Shown here in pieces: positions 12,893-25,825 of a stretch of DNA of 64,000 bases. Every line of letters starts with the position of its first letter. Positions within the stretch are counted from its first letter, which is position 1. The stretch comes from Mobula hypostoma (taxonomy: Eukaryota), in NCBI RefSeq assembly GCF_963921235.1, contig NC_086097.1, forward strand, positions 184,762,001 to 184,826,000, written 5' to 3'. The translations under genes and the position numbers were made by a program. Under the pieces are notes generated by a model, which saw only the letters and a list, made by a program, of their open reading frames with translations, made no database searches and had not been told where the DNA came from.

Positions 12893-13750
12893 CAAAACAT
12901 TCAAGACAGCAAACAAACATTCAAAAATATCAAGCAAAGAAGCATATTCACTCAGAAAACATTCATATATTTAGTCCAAGACACTGAGCCACGATGTCTG
13001 GCAATTGACGGTACAGTCTCCCGGCAGTGTGCAGATACAACCCAGCCTGCCACTCCATCCTTCGAACACGGGTGGGCAGCACCAATGGAAGAGGCTAGCC
13101 CCAGCCAAGCTTGGACCACAGTGTAATGCTTCCATGTCTCTCACCTGGTTTGCAGCAGCCGACACCTTGTGGCCTAGTTCTCGCTATAATTTGGACTACA
13201 CAGCTCCCATGTCATCTGCCCCATCCACCAGACAAGGGTAACAGGCCTGTGGTAACTTACATTATCACTGTCCAACAGAGTCTTGTGATTACAAGTGAAA
13301 TGTCCGAGATAATCTCCCATGGTTATACTGCACCAACTTCGATACTTTCAAGTAACGGACAGCGACACGGTCTTCAGCCAGGTCAGCCCCTCTGAAACCA
13401 AACCGACTCATCTGACATCCTGACTGGCTCATCCGACACCTCAACTTTGACTCCTCAGCCGGCTCCTTCTCCACTATCTTCACCGGCCCCTTCAACACCT
13501 TGTCTGGCTCCTTTGCCAACATCTTGCCCAGCCCCTTCTCCAACATCCCGGCCAGCCCCGTCGACACCTCGGCTGGCTACACCAGTCCAGCTACTCCGAT
13601 TAACGAGCTGTTGGAGTAACCGTGCAGTACCCAATGTTCTTGGAGTAGAATTGTCTTTGGGTTATAAAATACAAATTTTACAAAGATAAAAGCACCTTCT
13701 TTTGCTCTGAGAGGTCACTGCGTTTGCATGTGCTGCCATCTCACCAGAAG
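12893..13750 (-). mobile_element. Unclassified repeat-like insert with an AGATGGC-type head and degenerate internal repeats of about 21-24 bp
   Basis: Abrupt switch from CR1 sequence at about 12893. The minus strand starts CTTCTGGTGAGATGGCAGC. Imperfect repeats at 13455-13570. Confidence 0.4.
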
Positions 13751-14510
13751 ATAATTTGAAATATTATTCAAAAGTGTTCTGAATGCCATATATTATAGAT
13801 ACACATGATACATTCCAATAAATCATGACTCCCTGCCATTGTCAAAAGTACCGTTTGCGGTGGCTGTGATCCAGTATCAACAAAGAACCTCAGCAGCAGT
13901 TACTGAGTAAGACCAAGGAAAGAATGGAAATAGAGAGAGAAAGGTTGATTAATGTTTGCAAATCAAAATATTATATAAAGACAGATGACACGAATGGAAA
14001 ATAGGTTTAAAAGACATCTGTGTGCCCTCATCTAATTATCCCCAATTCTCTAATCCAATTCACCTGCAGAGCCTACTCAATTTTGGCACTCTATGTACAG
14101 CAGAAATCAACTGGTGTACATCAAAATAATTTTTAAAATCTTTCCCTGTCTTACATTGTCTACAAACATATCCTAGAAAATGAGTGTTTACTGGATCACT
14201 GGTTTGCATCAAATGTCAGAAAATTGAGAAGCTTATGTTCTTCGATTCAAGATAATGTGGGAAATATAAGATATGTTCCAATACAAGATGCGCACTAATT
14301 TTCTTTTATTTTAAACAGATCTCTTACTCAAGTGATCAGCGAGTCAGTAAACATTTTTCATAAGAACAGTTTGGAAAAAAATAAATACACTTACCAAAAC
14401 CACAGCAAGAAATAAATGCCTTTTGCCACCTCTCAAGAATTTTCAAGTTAAATAACTCTACAATAAAGCTGAAAACATAAACGGCCCTGATTCTAAGTTT
14501 GTTTTGTCTG

Positions 14511-14784
14511 AAATAGAAACATAGAAACATAGAAAATAGGTGCAGGAGTAGGCCATTCGGCCCTTCGAGCCTGCACCGCCATTTATTATGATCATGGCTG
14601 ATCATCCAACTCAGAACCCTGCCCCAGCCTTCCCTCCATACCCCCTGACCCCTGTAGCCACAAGGGCCATATCTAACTCCCTCTTAAACATAGCCAATGA
14701 ACTGGCCTCAACAGTTTGCTGTGGCAGAGAATTCCACAGATTCACCACTCTCTGTGTGAAGAAGTTTTTCCTAATCTCGGTCCT
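14511..14784 (-). mobile_element. Young, short 5'-truncated CR1
   Basis: (CATAGAAA)n tail, CpG-retaining 3'UTR and a clean ORF2 C-terminus. Confidence 0.88.
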
Positions 14785-14822
14785 AGGAAAAACTTCTTCA
14801 CACAGAGAGTGGTGAATCTGTG
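14735..14822. repeat. Perfect inverted repeat, 39-bp arms, 10-nt loop
   Basis: 14735-14773 is the exact reverse complement of 14784-14822. Confidence 0.97.
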
Positions 14823-14904
14823 AAAATGTACAATTAATGGATGGGTTGTACTGAACTCCTGAGTCCGTATGAATCTGAATTCAAATCTCACTATATGAAC
14901 AGAC

Positions 14905-15350
14905 AAATATATAGAAATTAGGAAGAGCTGAAGGCTATTCAGCCCCTTAAGCTTACTTTCCAATTTAATATAATCCAGACTGATATGATTGTGACCTCAA
15001 CTCCATTTTGTCCTATCTGTAGTAACCTTTCATACTTGCTTTTCAAAATACTCAAAGATTTATTTCATTGTCTGTGAAAATAAATTAATCCTGCCTTAAA
15101 CGGATGACCCCTTATTTTTAAACAGTGACCCATAGTTTTTGATTCTTCCACAAGCAGAAAAGTTCCTTTCATATCTATCCTGTTAAAACTCCTGAGCACC
15201 TTATGTGCTTCAATCAAGTTCTCACTCCCTCTTCTAAACTCCAGCAGATACAAACCTGACTTATCTAACCTTTCCCCTAAAACAACTTGTCCAGTCGAGG
15301 AAATCTTTTTCAAACTACTTTCAATGCATTAAAATCCTTCCTTAAATTAA
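14905..15350 (-). mobile_element. Old CR1 3' fragment
   Basis: GLYLLEFRR...GHCLKIRGHPFK. Confidence 0.75.
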
Positions 15351-15371
15351 GAGACTAAATATGTAATTATA

Positions 15372-15536
15372 ACATAGAAATTCTGTAGATGCTGTAATCC
15401 AAGGAAGGGGGAAGAAGTACCCACTTCTTTCCTAGTCATGATGAAGGTTTTGGCCCAAAACATCAACTGTTTAATCCTCTCCACAGAAGCTGCTTGATAA
15501 GCTGATTTCTGCCAGCATTTTGTGTTTGTTGCTCAA
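15372..15536 (+). mobile_element. Penelope-like terminal repeat (pLTR) with decayed hammerhead motif
   Basis: Homologous to 30781-30900. A short inverted copy of the repeat end lies at 15372-15402. Confidence 0.65.
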
Positions 15537-16044
15537 GTACATAATCATATTTGTGAAGATATTGTAGAGCTCTTTAGAGAATGAATGGGCATAATATGGT
15601 ATCTTGCAGTCTTTTATTTCCAGTTAACAAGTAATTTTTTAAAAAATTCTCAGATTTGGTTTTACAAACTATTAGTTAAGCTTGGAACTTAACTAAAATG
15701 TCAAATTTCTTCATAATGACTGAAGGAAGAGAATTCCAGAATAGAGCTTTTATAAATGTTTATTGTTGTGCTATCTATACATTTTGCAGAAACAAACATA
15801 ATATTTGTATACTAGACGATTCTAATTTGGTGATAACCCTGATTTCTGGAGGCATTAATTAATAGCCCTGAAAAATATTACAGGGGGGCCGAAATCAGTG
15901 TGAAAGATCATTTGCTGGTGACACAGTGCAAGGTCCAAAAAGAAACTCTGGTGATTTCAGCTCTTTTTGCTGGGCTAAAGGTAGCATGAGAGGTCATTCT
16001 TTGGTGACACAGTGCCTTCTGCTCTTTCCAGCAGCTGAAATCAG

Positions 16045-17608
16045 CACGGGGCCAATAAGAGGAAGGGAGGTGTAGGCAGAGCAGCTTTTGTGTGAGTAGG
16101 CCAGTGTTAGAGTGGTCAGGCCTTGGCTCTACAGGCTTCTGCAAGAACAGGTTTGGGCAAGCATAGGTGGAGGTTTTACACTAAGTAAGTAATGAGGTTT
16201 CTAGTAAGTAGTTTTTTTGTTAGTATATAGTTAGTGTGCTGAAAATAGGTCTGGAGGTAGTGGTATGTTCTTCATGTGAGATATGGGAACTCTGGGAGAG
16301 CAAATTGGATAACTACATCTGCGTGAAGTGCACAGAGCTACAGCTCCTTAGAGACCATGTTAAGGAACTGGAGCTGCAGCTGGATGATGTTCACCCCATA
16401 CGGGAAAATAAGGAGGTGATAGATGGGAGCTACAGGGAAGTAGTCACCACTAAGCTGCAGGAGGTAGGTACCTGGGTGACTGTCATGTGAGGGAAAATGA
16501 ATAGGCAGCCAGTACATAGTACCCTTGTGGCATTTTCCCCTTAATAACAAGTATACCGCTGTGGATACTGTTGGTGCAACATATCTGCACGGGGAAGCTG
16601 TAGCAACTGGGTCTCTGGTACTGAGCCTGGCTCTGTGGCTCAGAAGGGAAGGGGGTAAGAAGAGGAGTGCAATAGTGATAGAGGATTACAAAATTAGAAC
16701 GGCAGATAGCAGAGTCTGTGCATGTGAAAGGGACACCCAGATGGTATGTTGCTTTCAAGGTGCCAGGCCAGGGATGCCTCGGATCAGGTCCATGGCATTC
16801 AAGGGCGAACAGCTGGAAGTTATGGTACCTTGGTAGCAACAACATAGATAGGAAAAGGGAGGGTGTCCTGAAGAAGCAAAATAGGGAGCTAGGTAGAAAG
16901 CTGAAAAGCAGTAACTCCTGGATAGTCATCTCTGGATTTCTGCCTGTGGCACGTGCCAGTGGGATCATATGGCAGATGAATACATACCTGGAGAATTAGT
17001 GCACAGGGCAGAGTTTCAGATTTCTGAATCATTGGGATCTCTTCTGAGGAAGATATGACCGAACAAAAGGAACGGGTTACACCTGAACCAGATGAAGACC
17101 AATATCCTTGTTGGCAGATTAACTAGAGCTGTGGGGAGGGTTTGAATTTGGTAAGGGGATGGGAACCAGAGTGATAGGGCTGAAGAGGGGGCAATTGATA
17201 TACAACTAGATTCAGTGTATAGTGAGATTGTGAGGAAGGACAGGCAGGTGACAGGGCAAAATTGAGGTAAATGGAATGACCTAATTTGTAACAGGAGCAA
17301 AAATCGAAACGGGTGATGAATACAGGACTGAACGTGTTATATTTGAATGCATGCAGTGCATGGGATAAGATAGATGATCATGTAGTGCAGTTAGGGATTG
17401 TCGAGTATGATGTGGACATCTCTGAGTTGTGACTGAAAGGAGATCATAGTTGGGAGCTTAACACCAAGGGCACACTTTATATTGATAGGACAGGCAGGTA
17501 AGTAGAGGGAGTTGGGTGGCTCTGTTGGTAAAAAAATGAAATCGAATCCTTAGCAAGAGGTGACATAAGATTGGAAGATGTAGAATTCTTGTGGGCAGAG
17601 TTAGGGAA
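16045..17608 (+). mobile_element. CR1 5' half: ORF1 (zinc finger/leucine zipper and esterase) and start of APE
   Basis: CSSCEIWE..YICVKC..LQLLRDHVKELELQL; AIVIED..MVCCFQGAR; VLYLNA.S. Confidence 0.85.
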
Positions 17609-17649
17609 GATCAGGAATATGTACAATGCCTATCAGATGGCTTCATCAA

Positions 17650-17770
17650 GAGTCCTGTTGAAGGGTCTCAGCCTGAAATGTCGACTGTTTACTCTTTTCA
17701 ATAGATGCTGCCTGGCCTGCTGAGTTCCTCCGGTATTTTGTGTGTTATTTCCAGCATCTGCAGGTTTTCT
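17650..17770 (+). mobile_element. Penelope-like pLTR with decayed hammerhead motif
   Basis: GAGTC CTGTTGA AGGGTCTCAGCCT GAAA TGTC GACTG followed by the shared downstream repeat. Confidence 0.75.
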
Positions 17771-19447
17771 GAGACTGTGATTAGTGGTGTGCTGCAGGGA
17801 CTGGTGCAGGGTCTGCTGTTGTTTGCATCTATATCAATATAATAGATGATAATGTGGTTAACTGGATCAGCAAACATGCGCATGACACCAAGTTTAGGGG
17901 TATAGTGCACCGCAAGGAAAGCTATCAAAACTTTTATCAGAATCTGAACCAGCTGAAAAATGGGCTGAAAATGGCAGATGGAATTTAATGCAGGTAAGTG
18001 TGAGGTGTTGCAATTCCATAGGACCAACCAGGGCAGGTCTTACAAGAGTGTGATAGATCAAAGGGAGGGAGGCAGGAGAAAGGAAATTGTAGATCATCTA
18101 GCCTAACTTCAGAGGGTGGAAAGATGTTAGAGTCTGTTATTAGGATGAATCAGCCAAAGTCAGCATGGTTTTCTAAAGGTGAAATCTTGCCGGCAAATTT
18201 GTTGGAATTCTTTGAGGAGAAAACAGGCAGGATAGACAAAGGAGAATCAGTGAATGTTATTTATTTGGATTTTCAGAGGCCTTTTGATAAGATGCTGCTC
18301 ATGAGGCTGCTTAAAAAAATAAAAATTCATCGTATTATGGGAAGGGTACTAGCATGGATAGAAGATTGGTTGACTGACAGGAGGCAAAAAGTAGGAATAA
18401 TTGGGGCCTTTTCTGGTTGGCTGCCAGTGACTAGTGATGTGCCACAAGGGTCGGTGTTGGGATCACTTCTTTTCAGATTATATATCAATGATTTGGATGA
18501 AGGAGTTGATGGCTTTGTGGCTAAATTTGCACATGATACGAATATAGGTAGAGGGGCAGGTAGTGTTGAGAAAGCAGGGAGTCTTAAACAGATTGGGGGA
18601 AAGGGCAAAGAAGTGGCAGATCAAACATAGTGTAGGAAAGTGCATGGTCATGGACTCTGGCAGAAGGAATAAAGGTGTGGACTATTTTTGAAATGTGGAG
18701 CAAATTCAAAATTCAGATGTGCAAAAGGACCTGGGAGTCCTCATGCAGGATTCCCTAAAGATTAACCTGCAGGTTGAGTCCGTGGTAAGGAATGAAAATG
18801 CAATGTTAGCACTTATTTTGAGGGAACTAGAATACAAAAGCAAGGATGTAATGCTGAGGGTTTATAAGCTATTGGTCAGACTGCATCTGGAATATTGTGA
18901 GCAGTTTTAGGCCCCTTATCTAAGAAAGGATGTGCTGGTATTGGAGAGGGTCCAGAGGAAATTCATGAGAATGTTGCCAGGAATGAAAGACTTAACATGT
19001 GAGGCACGATTGATAACTCTGAGCCTTTATTCGTTGGCGTTTAGAAGAATGAGGGGTATCTCATTGAAACTTAACAAATATTAGAAGGCCTAGATAGAAT
19101 GGATTTGGAGAGGACATTTCCTATAGTGGGGGAATCTAGGACTAGAGCGTGCTGCCTCAGAATTGAGGGACATCTATTTACAACAGAGATGACAAAGAAT
19201 TTCTTTAGCCAGAGGGTAGTTAATCTGTGGAATCAGTGCCACAGGAGGCTATGTAGACCAAGTCATTGGGTATATTTAAAGCAGAGGTCAACAGGTTCCT
19301 GATTAATTAGGATGACAAAGGTTAGTGGGAGAAAGCAGGAGAATGGGGTTGAGAGAGATATTAAATCAGTAATGTCAGAGCAGACTCGATGGACTGAATG
19401 ACCTAAATCTGCTCCTACAGTATAGCTTATGGTCTGATTGTCTTATG
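17771..19447 (+). mobile_element. Two adjacent CR1 RT fragments (about 17771-18050 and 18060-19447)
   Basis: YLDFQRPFD, VPQGSVLG, FAHDT and HLEYCEQF motifs; CR1 3'UTR. Confidence 0.88.
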
Positions 19448-20424
19448 TGTGATTAGCAGCTGCTCTTTAAAATCATAGCAGGCAGCATACATCAAGATGG
19501 TTCTACTTGGTCATGAAAATAACTTTATTGTGCAACTGACTCTAAGTCCATTTTTATTCACTGAAAGGCCAATTCCTTGAGTGGTTAGTGACAGTTAAAT
19601 CTAGTTTCCAATATGGGAGTATCAGGGTGCTGACGGGTGGTCTGTGATCTATTCTAATCTGGTAGACATTTAGAACTGATATGAAATGCAATAGAGAACA
19701 TGCAAATGTCTTATTTTCCAATGTTACATTGGATGCCTTGATGGCAAAGGTAACGAGAGGAAGAGACTATTTGTTTCTGTGACTTCATAGGGATTCTCAA
19801 CATACACGGTGTAAAGGCCATGAGAAGAGATAATACTGGTGATTAATGCCAGGCGTCAGGCACCATGAATTTAGCTACAAGCTGCTAAAAGCTCAATAAG
19901 CTCACATATGTGATTAATATCAGTGAAATTATCAGCTGATGGCAACTCCCACCAACTGCCCTACTACCCGAGACATTTCTCAACGTATCATGTACCCTTC
20001 ATTTGCTTCTCAGCAGTACCAATTAATCTGTATTGGCTCAACTTGTTCTCATACAATTTGCAGTGCTACAAATGCCACATTTACACTTCAGAGCTACCTC
20101 ATACTAATATTTAGATAATCATGAAAGACACATCAACGTAACAAATTCCATTGAGATATTTCCTTCTCTTTGCTGGAATAAGGAATATGAGGCCAGAGAT
20201 TCTTGCAATCGAACTGTGAAGGACACATTTCTGTCTCACTATGGAGCAGAGTGCTGACCATAACTTGAGTTATCAATATAGTGAAGGGCCATAAGAACAG
20301 GGCATCTTCAGAATAATTCTCCTCTTCACATCCCACTTTCTCTATTCACTTTGATTTGTAGTATCCAAATCTTGCAATCTTAACCCACTGCACTCTCCCA
20401 CACCAACACAGTACCCTGGCATTT

Positions 20425-20716
20425 TTAATTTAACTTTATCTTAATTAGAGATACAGAACAGAAAAGGCCCTTGGATCTGCACCACCTAGCAACCCCCGAC
20501 AATCCCAATTTAACCCTAAGCTAATCACAGGACAATTCACAATAACCAATTCACCTACCCGATACAGCTTTGGACTGCGGAAGGAATGCAGAGGACCCGG
20601 AGGAAACCCACACATTCCTTGAGGCGTAGGTACAGAGACTCCTTACGGAGAATGCTGGGATTGAACTCCGAAATCCGATGCCCCAAACTCTAACAGTGTC
20701 AAACTAACTGCTACAC
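20425..20716 (-). mobile_element. tRNA-derived V-SINE (HE1-like)
   Basis: Minus strand has box A TGTAGCAGTTAG, box B GAGTTCAATCCC, V-domain GTGGGTTTCCTCCGGGT..CAGTCCAAAG and a CR1-like tail. Confidence 0.8.
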
Positions 20717-20887
20717 TTCCTTCTTTTAGATATGGAAAACCAGTATGTCTGGTGGTAATGGAAGAGGAAGAATGAAGTGACAGGAAGGTACACCAATACT
20801 CAATTCAAGATTAACGTAAAATAACATGGATAAAAATCAGAAATTCTGCATGTGTTTGGAAGCCTTCTCAACATTTACAAATGTAAA

Positions 20888-21082
20888 GCCATCAAACTTT
20901 ACAACTCCTCCTTTGGAGGGTCAGACACCCTGAGCCAATAGGCTGTTCCTGGACTTATTTCCTGGCATAATTTACTTTTTACTATTTAACTATTTATGGT
21001 TTATTACTATTTATTATTTATGGTGCAACTGTAACGAAAACCTGTTTCCCCCGGGATCAATAAATTATGACTACTATGACTA
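20888..21082 (+). mobile_element. Rex1-like 3' end
   Basis: Reverse-complement match to 8540-8740; GACTAT tail. Confidence 0.8.
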
Positions 21083-23024
21083 TTAGTTGGGAGAGAAATT
21101 CAGTTACGATTTCAGGTCAATGGCTTTTCAGAATTTTTCCGATGAAAGTTTATTAACTGGTCATTGAAATTATAATTGCCTGCTGGTAATTTTAGCTTTG
21201 TCTTTTTACTATCTACTTGTACACTGACTATTATGATCTGCCTAATATTACTATGGAATGCACTGATATTTAAAACAATATAGCAATTGTAGCAATTCAA
21301 GATACATGCCTTCAGTGGTTGCCATATTGGAAATGATTCATCACCATCATGGCCAAACAAGATGAGCCTCAGTACAACCTTATAGTGAGTTACTGGCAGA
21401 TATGACAGGTTAATGTGGGCAAACAAGGGTGTGTGGACTCAGAAATGCCATGATGTCCTGTGGAAAGCCACAGCTAATAATTTCCATTGGCTGTGCTCAG
21501 TGAATAGAATCTTATAGAGCTGACAGATGGGTAGAAAACATCAGTATTTCATGCTGGCTTGGATGGGTATGAACCAGTTTAATAGCTCTGAGGGCTTTGT
21601 TGAAAGAGTAAACTAGCTGTATTAATAATCAGTGGCTAAGGCATGACCAAGATATGCCTGCTCCCTACAAATGTTGATGGTGGCTTATGGCTTTCAGTTA
21701 AGTAGCAATAGAAACTAACAATATGTAAGCATGTTTTCAGAACCATATCTACTCAATTAATTGTTTAATTTTGCTGTGGAAGATAGGTGGTGAGAGTATA
21801 CTTTATTCATCATCTTATTTTTGTAATGCTATATCGATTCATTATATATTTTAATCTATTTGATTGGAAAATATATTTACTGACCAAAATTGATGCCTAT
21901 ATATACAATTAAGCTTCAGGCATGTGGTACAAAAGAGCGGAGTGATATGAAAACAAAGTAGACATGGAAATAAATTTGCACCTTAGTGGAAGTAATGAGC
22001 AGAAATACCTTGAAATTCAGACAGATTACGAAATGCAAATGAAATACAGCTACAAAATACTTCGTGTAACACATCATTAGAGCCTAGAAAAGAAATTCTG
22101 CTCTCCCTCCACCAGTGACCTTCCAACTCTGATTTCAGTCTAGCTGGGAGATCTCCATGTATAATCTATGAAGACTGTTCCTGAAATATTTGTGGGAACA
22201 CAGTGAACACCGCAGCTGGAGAACTTCATGTCCACCACTTTAGTCAAATATTCCTGTCAAAGCAACATGCAACAATAACCATTGGCTAACTACCAACTGT
22301 AAGTATCTCCCTGTCTTGAAACTTCTCTAAGTTCCAAGTTAAAATGGAGTAAGGGCTTTGATTTTGCTATTAGGTAGTATTGATGATTGGCATTAAGATA
22401 TCCTGTCTTACAAAAAATTGTTTTAACTGACATTTTCTAATATCCATATACTGTAAAGTGCACAATTGCTGAATGTAGGAAATATTTATTACTGTAGGAA
22501 GTAATTATAGCTTCCTTTTTTTAAATTAATCCTTCAATAGAATGAGTGTCAAAATTTAAAAATCATTAAATGCAAATGATGATTGATCAAAGAATTTTGT
22601 AATTACACTAGTGAAAAGATCAACGAATAATGGAAGCTGACTCTTTTATTCATTTTGAAGAAAATAATAAGACTTAGTTCCAGAAGCTAACATTGTGCCC
22701 CATTGCACAATGAGAAAAATACAATGAGCTAAAGTAACAGCAATAACTGATTGTGATGTCAAGAGAAGAAAATAATGATAGATAAAAGTTATTATTAAAT
22801 TAGAACTTTGTGTCAATCCCTGTACAAACAAACAAAGGCTAAATCAATCAATGGTGGTGATGAATCAGTATAATAGAGGGTGATTAAAAATCTAGTTGAT
22901 TAGTGCTACAACAACAACCTTTTACCAAAATCAACAAAGCAAAAGAGCCGATTATCAACTGCAGGTGGAAGAAACCAAAGGTCAATGATCTACTCCTCAT
23001 TAGAAGCTAAATTCAGATGCATCC

Positions 23025-23800
23025 CTATTACAGTAGAGTAAAGGGAATTACAGAGGCATGAGAGAGGAGTTGGACAGAAATGATTGGGAAAAAAACACTG
23101 GCAGGGATGACGGCAGAGCAGCAATGTCTGGAATTTCTGGAAGCAATTCGGAAGGTACAAGATATATACATCTCAAAGAAGAAGAAGTAATCTAAAGGCA
23201 AGTTGACACAACCAGGAGAAGTCAAAGCCAACATAAAAGCCAAGGAGAGGGCATATAATAGAGCAAAAAATAGTGGGAAATTAGAGGATTGGGAAGCTTT
23301 CAAATACCAACAGAAGGCAACTAAAAAGTCATTAAGAAGGTAAAGATGGAATATGAAAGTAAGCTGGCCAATAATATTAAACAGGATACCAAGAGTTTCT
23401 TAAGATACATAAAGTATAAAAAAGAGGTGAGAGTGGATATCGGACTGCTGGAAAACATTGCTGGAGAGGGAGTAATGGGATACAAGGAAATGGCAGACAA
23501 GCTGAATAATTATTTTACATCAGTCTTCACTGTGGAAGACATTAGCAGTATGGAGGAAGTTCCTGGTGTCAGGAGTCATGAAGAGTGTGAAGTTACCATT
23601 ACTAGAGAGAAGGTTCTTGGGAAACTGAAAGGTCTGAAGGTAGATAAGTCACCTGGACCAGTTGGTGTACACCTCAGGCTTCTGAAAGAGGTGGCTAAAG
23701 AGATTGTGGAGGCATCTTTCAAGAATCACTACATTCTGGAACGATTCTGGAAAACTGGAAAATTGCAAATGTCTCTCCACTCTTCAAGGGAGAAAGGCAA
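23025..23800 (+). mobile_element. CR1 ORF2 internal fragment
   Basis: YESKLANNIK..LNNYFTSVFT..LKVDKSPGP. Confidence 0.88.
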
Positions 23801-23818
23801 AAAAAATATGTACATACA

Positions 23819-25825
23819 CAGTGGATTCAGGTTTATTGGGCCATTAGTTAATAAGCAGCAGCTTATTTGGGCTCACTCTTAAAGAACAAGGAACTAATAG
23901 AGAAAACAGTTGGTAATCTCTTCATTTCAGAAACTAAGCTATTTAATTGAGGCAGGAGAATAGCCAAACAGTTTTTAACTAGTGCCAGTCATGTGCACTT
24001 GTGCGCCAGTTGGACACTACACCACGCTTAGAGCAAACAGGTTTTGAATAGCATCACAGCGTATGCTTATGTTCAGAAATCAGTGATTTTTGTCACTGAC
24101 ATTTGGTGAGAAATAAGCATTAAGACAAGTTAGAACCGTTTTGCTCACTGTGGTTTCAAGCATCCTGGCTTGGAGATGCTAGAAACGGCAAGGAGTGAAA
24201 ATGAGACGATTTCACTACTTCAGTAAGTTGAGCACTATAAAGAATTTGAAGATCTCAACAATAATCTTGAATGTTACAAAACTGAAGCTTTAGAAGATGC
24301 AATTGTCAAAAGGATTGTACAAAGGCAGTCCATGATTTACACCTGCTCTCTGCACTGATTTTGTTCATCATAGCCAATCAAAAGAACATGGCAGTGTACA
24401 CCGGATTAATTCCTCCATCAATAACCATTAGGAACTAAAACACAGTTTATAGTACTATAGTAGTATTGACAGTGTTCTAAACAGAATTAGAATCAGAATC
24501 AGGTTTATTATCACCAGTATGTGTTGAGAAATTTGATAACTTAGCAGCAGCAGTACAATGCAAAACATGATAATATAGAAAGAAAAAAATAAATAAGTCA
24601 ATTACAGTAAATATATATATGTATTAAATAGATTAAAACTCGTGCAAAACAGAGATAATATTAAAAAGGTGAGGTAGTGTTTGTGGGTTCAATGTTCATT
24701 TAGGAATCAGATGGCAGAGGGGGAGAGCTGTTCCTGAATTGTGAGTGGGTGTCTTCAAGCTTCTGTACCTCCTTCCTGATGGTAACAATGAGAAGAGGGT
24801 ATACACAGGGTGATGATGGTCCTTAATAATGGACGCTGCCTTTCTGAGGCACTGCTCCTTGAAGATGTCTTGGATACTATGGAGACCAGTGCCCAAGATA
24901 GAGCTGACGAATTTTACAACGTCTGTACTTCCTTCAGGCCTGTGCAGTAACCCCTACCCCCATACCTGACAGTGATGCAGCCTGTCAGAATGCTCTCCAT
25001 GGCACATCTGTAATATCTATAGAAGTTTGCTAGTGTTTTAGGAGACAAACCAAATCTCCTCAAACTCCTAATGAAATATAGCCATTGTTTTGCCTTCTTT
25101 ATAGCTGCATTGATATGTTGGGACCAGGTTAGATCCTCAGAGATCTTGACACCCAGGAACTTGAAATGGCTCACTCCCCCGACTCCCAATCCCTCTATGA
25201 TGATTGGTTTGCGTTCCTTCATCTTAACATTCCTGAAGTCTACATCATGTTCTTGGTTTTGCTGAAGTTTAGTGCAAGGTCGTTGCTGTGACACCACTCA
25301 ACTATCTGGTATACCTCACTCCTATAACACCCTCTCACCTCCATCTGAGATTCTACCAATGGTGGTTGTATCATCAGCAAATTTATAGATGGTATTTGAG
25401 CTATGCCTAGCCACATAGTCATGGGTATAGAGGTAGTAGAGCAGTGTGCTAAGCACACACCCCTGAGGTGCACCAGTGTTGACTGTCAGCGAGGAGGAGG
25501 TATTAGTTCCAGTCTGCACAGATTGTGGCCTTCTGGTTAGGAGGTCGAGGATCCAATTGCAGAGGAGGTACAAAGGCCCAGGTTCTGTAGCTTACTGATC
25601 AGAACTGTGGGAACGATGGTGTTAAATGCTGAACTATAGTCCACAAACAGAGGCGATTATATTGTCCAGGTAATCTAATTTATTCTGTATTTCATTTAAA
25701 TACATCATTTACTCAATTAAATGGTAGTTCATTTGTAATACCCTTTTAACTATATGCATGAAACTTCAGCTAATTGTGCCAAAATGTACTGGTCCTGATG
25801 CATGCCAATTAACTGGAATTTGCTG
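23819..25825. mobile_element. pogo/Tigger-like non-autonomous DNA transposon, split by a LINE
   Basis: Imperfect TIRs CAGTGGATTCAGGTTTATTGG and CCAATTAACTGGAATTTGCTG; AT-rich body. Confidence 0.55.
24483..25675 (-). mobile_element. Rex1/Babar-type LINE (RT and 3'UTR)
   Basis: [24 protein letters not shown]; (AATCAG)n tail. Confidence 0.9.

Noticed and set aside
14395..14507. Minus-strand exon with a GTAAGT donor
   Set aside because: The acceptor pyrimidine tract comes from a CR1 tail and the peptide is unrecognisable.
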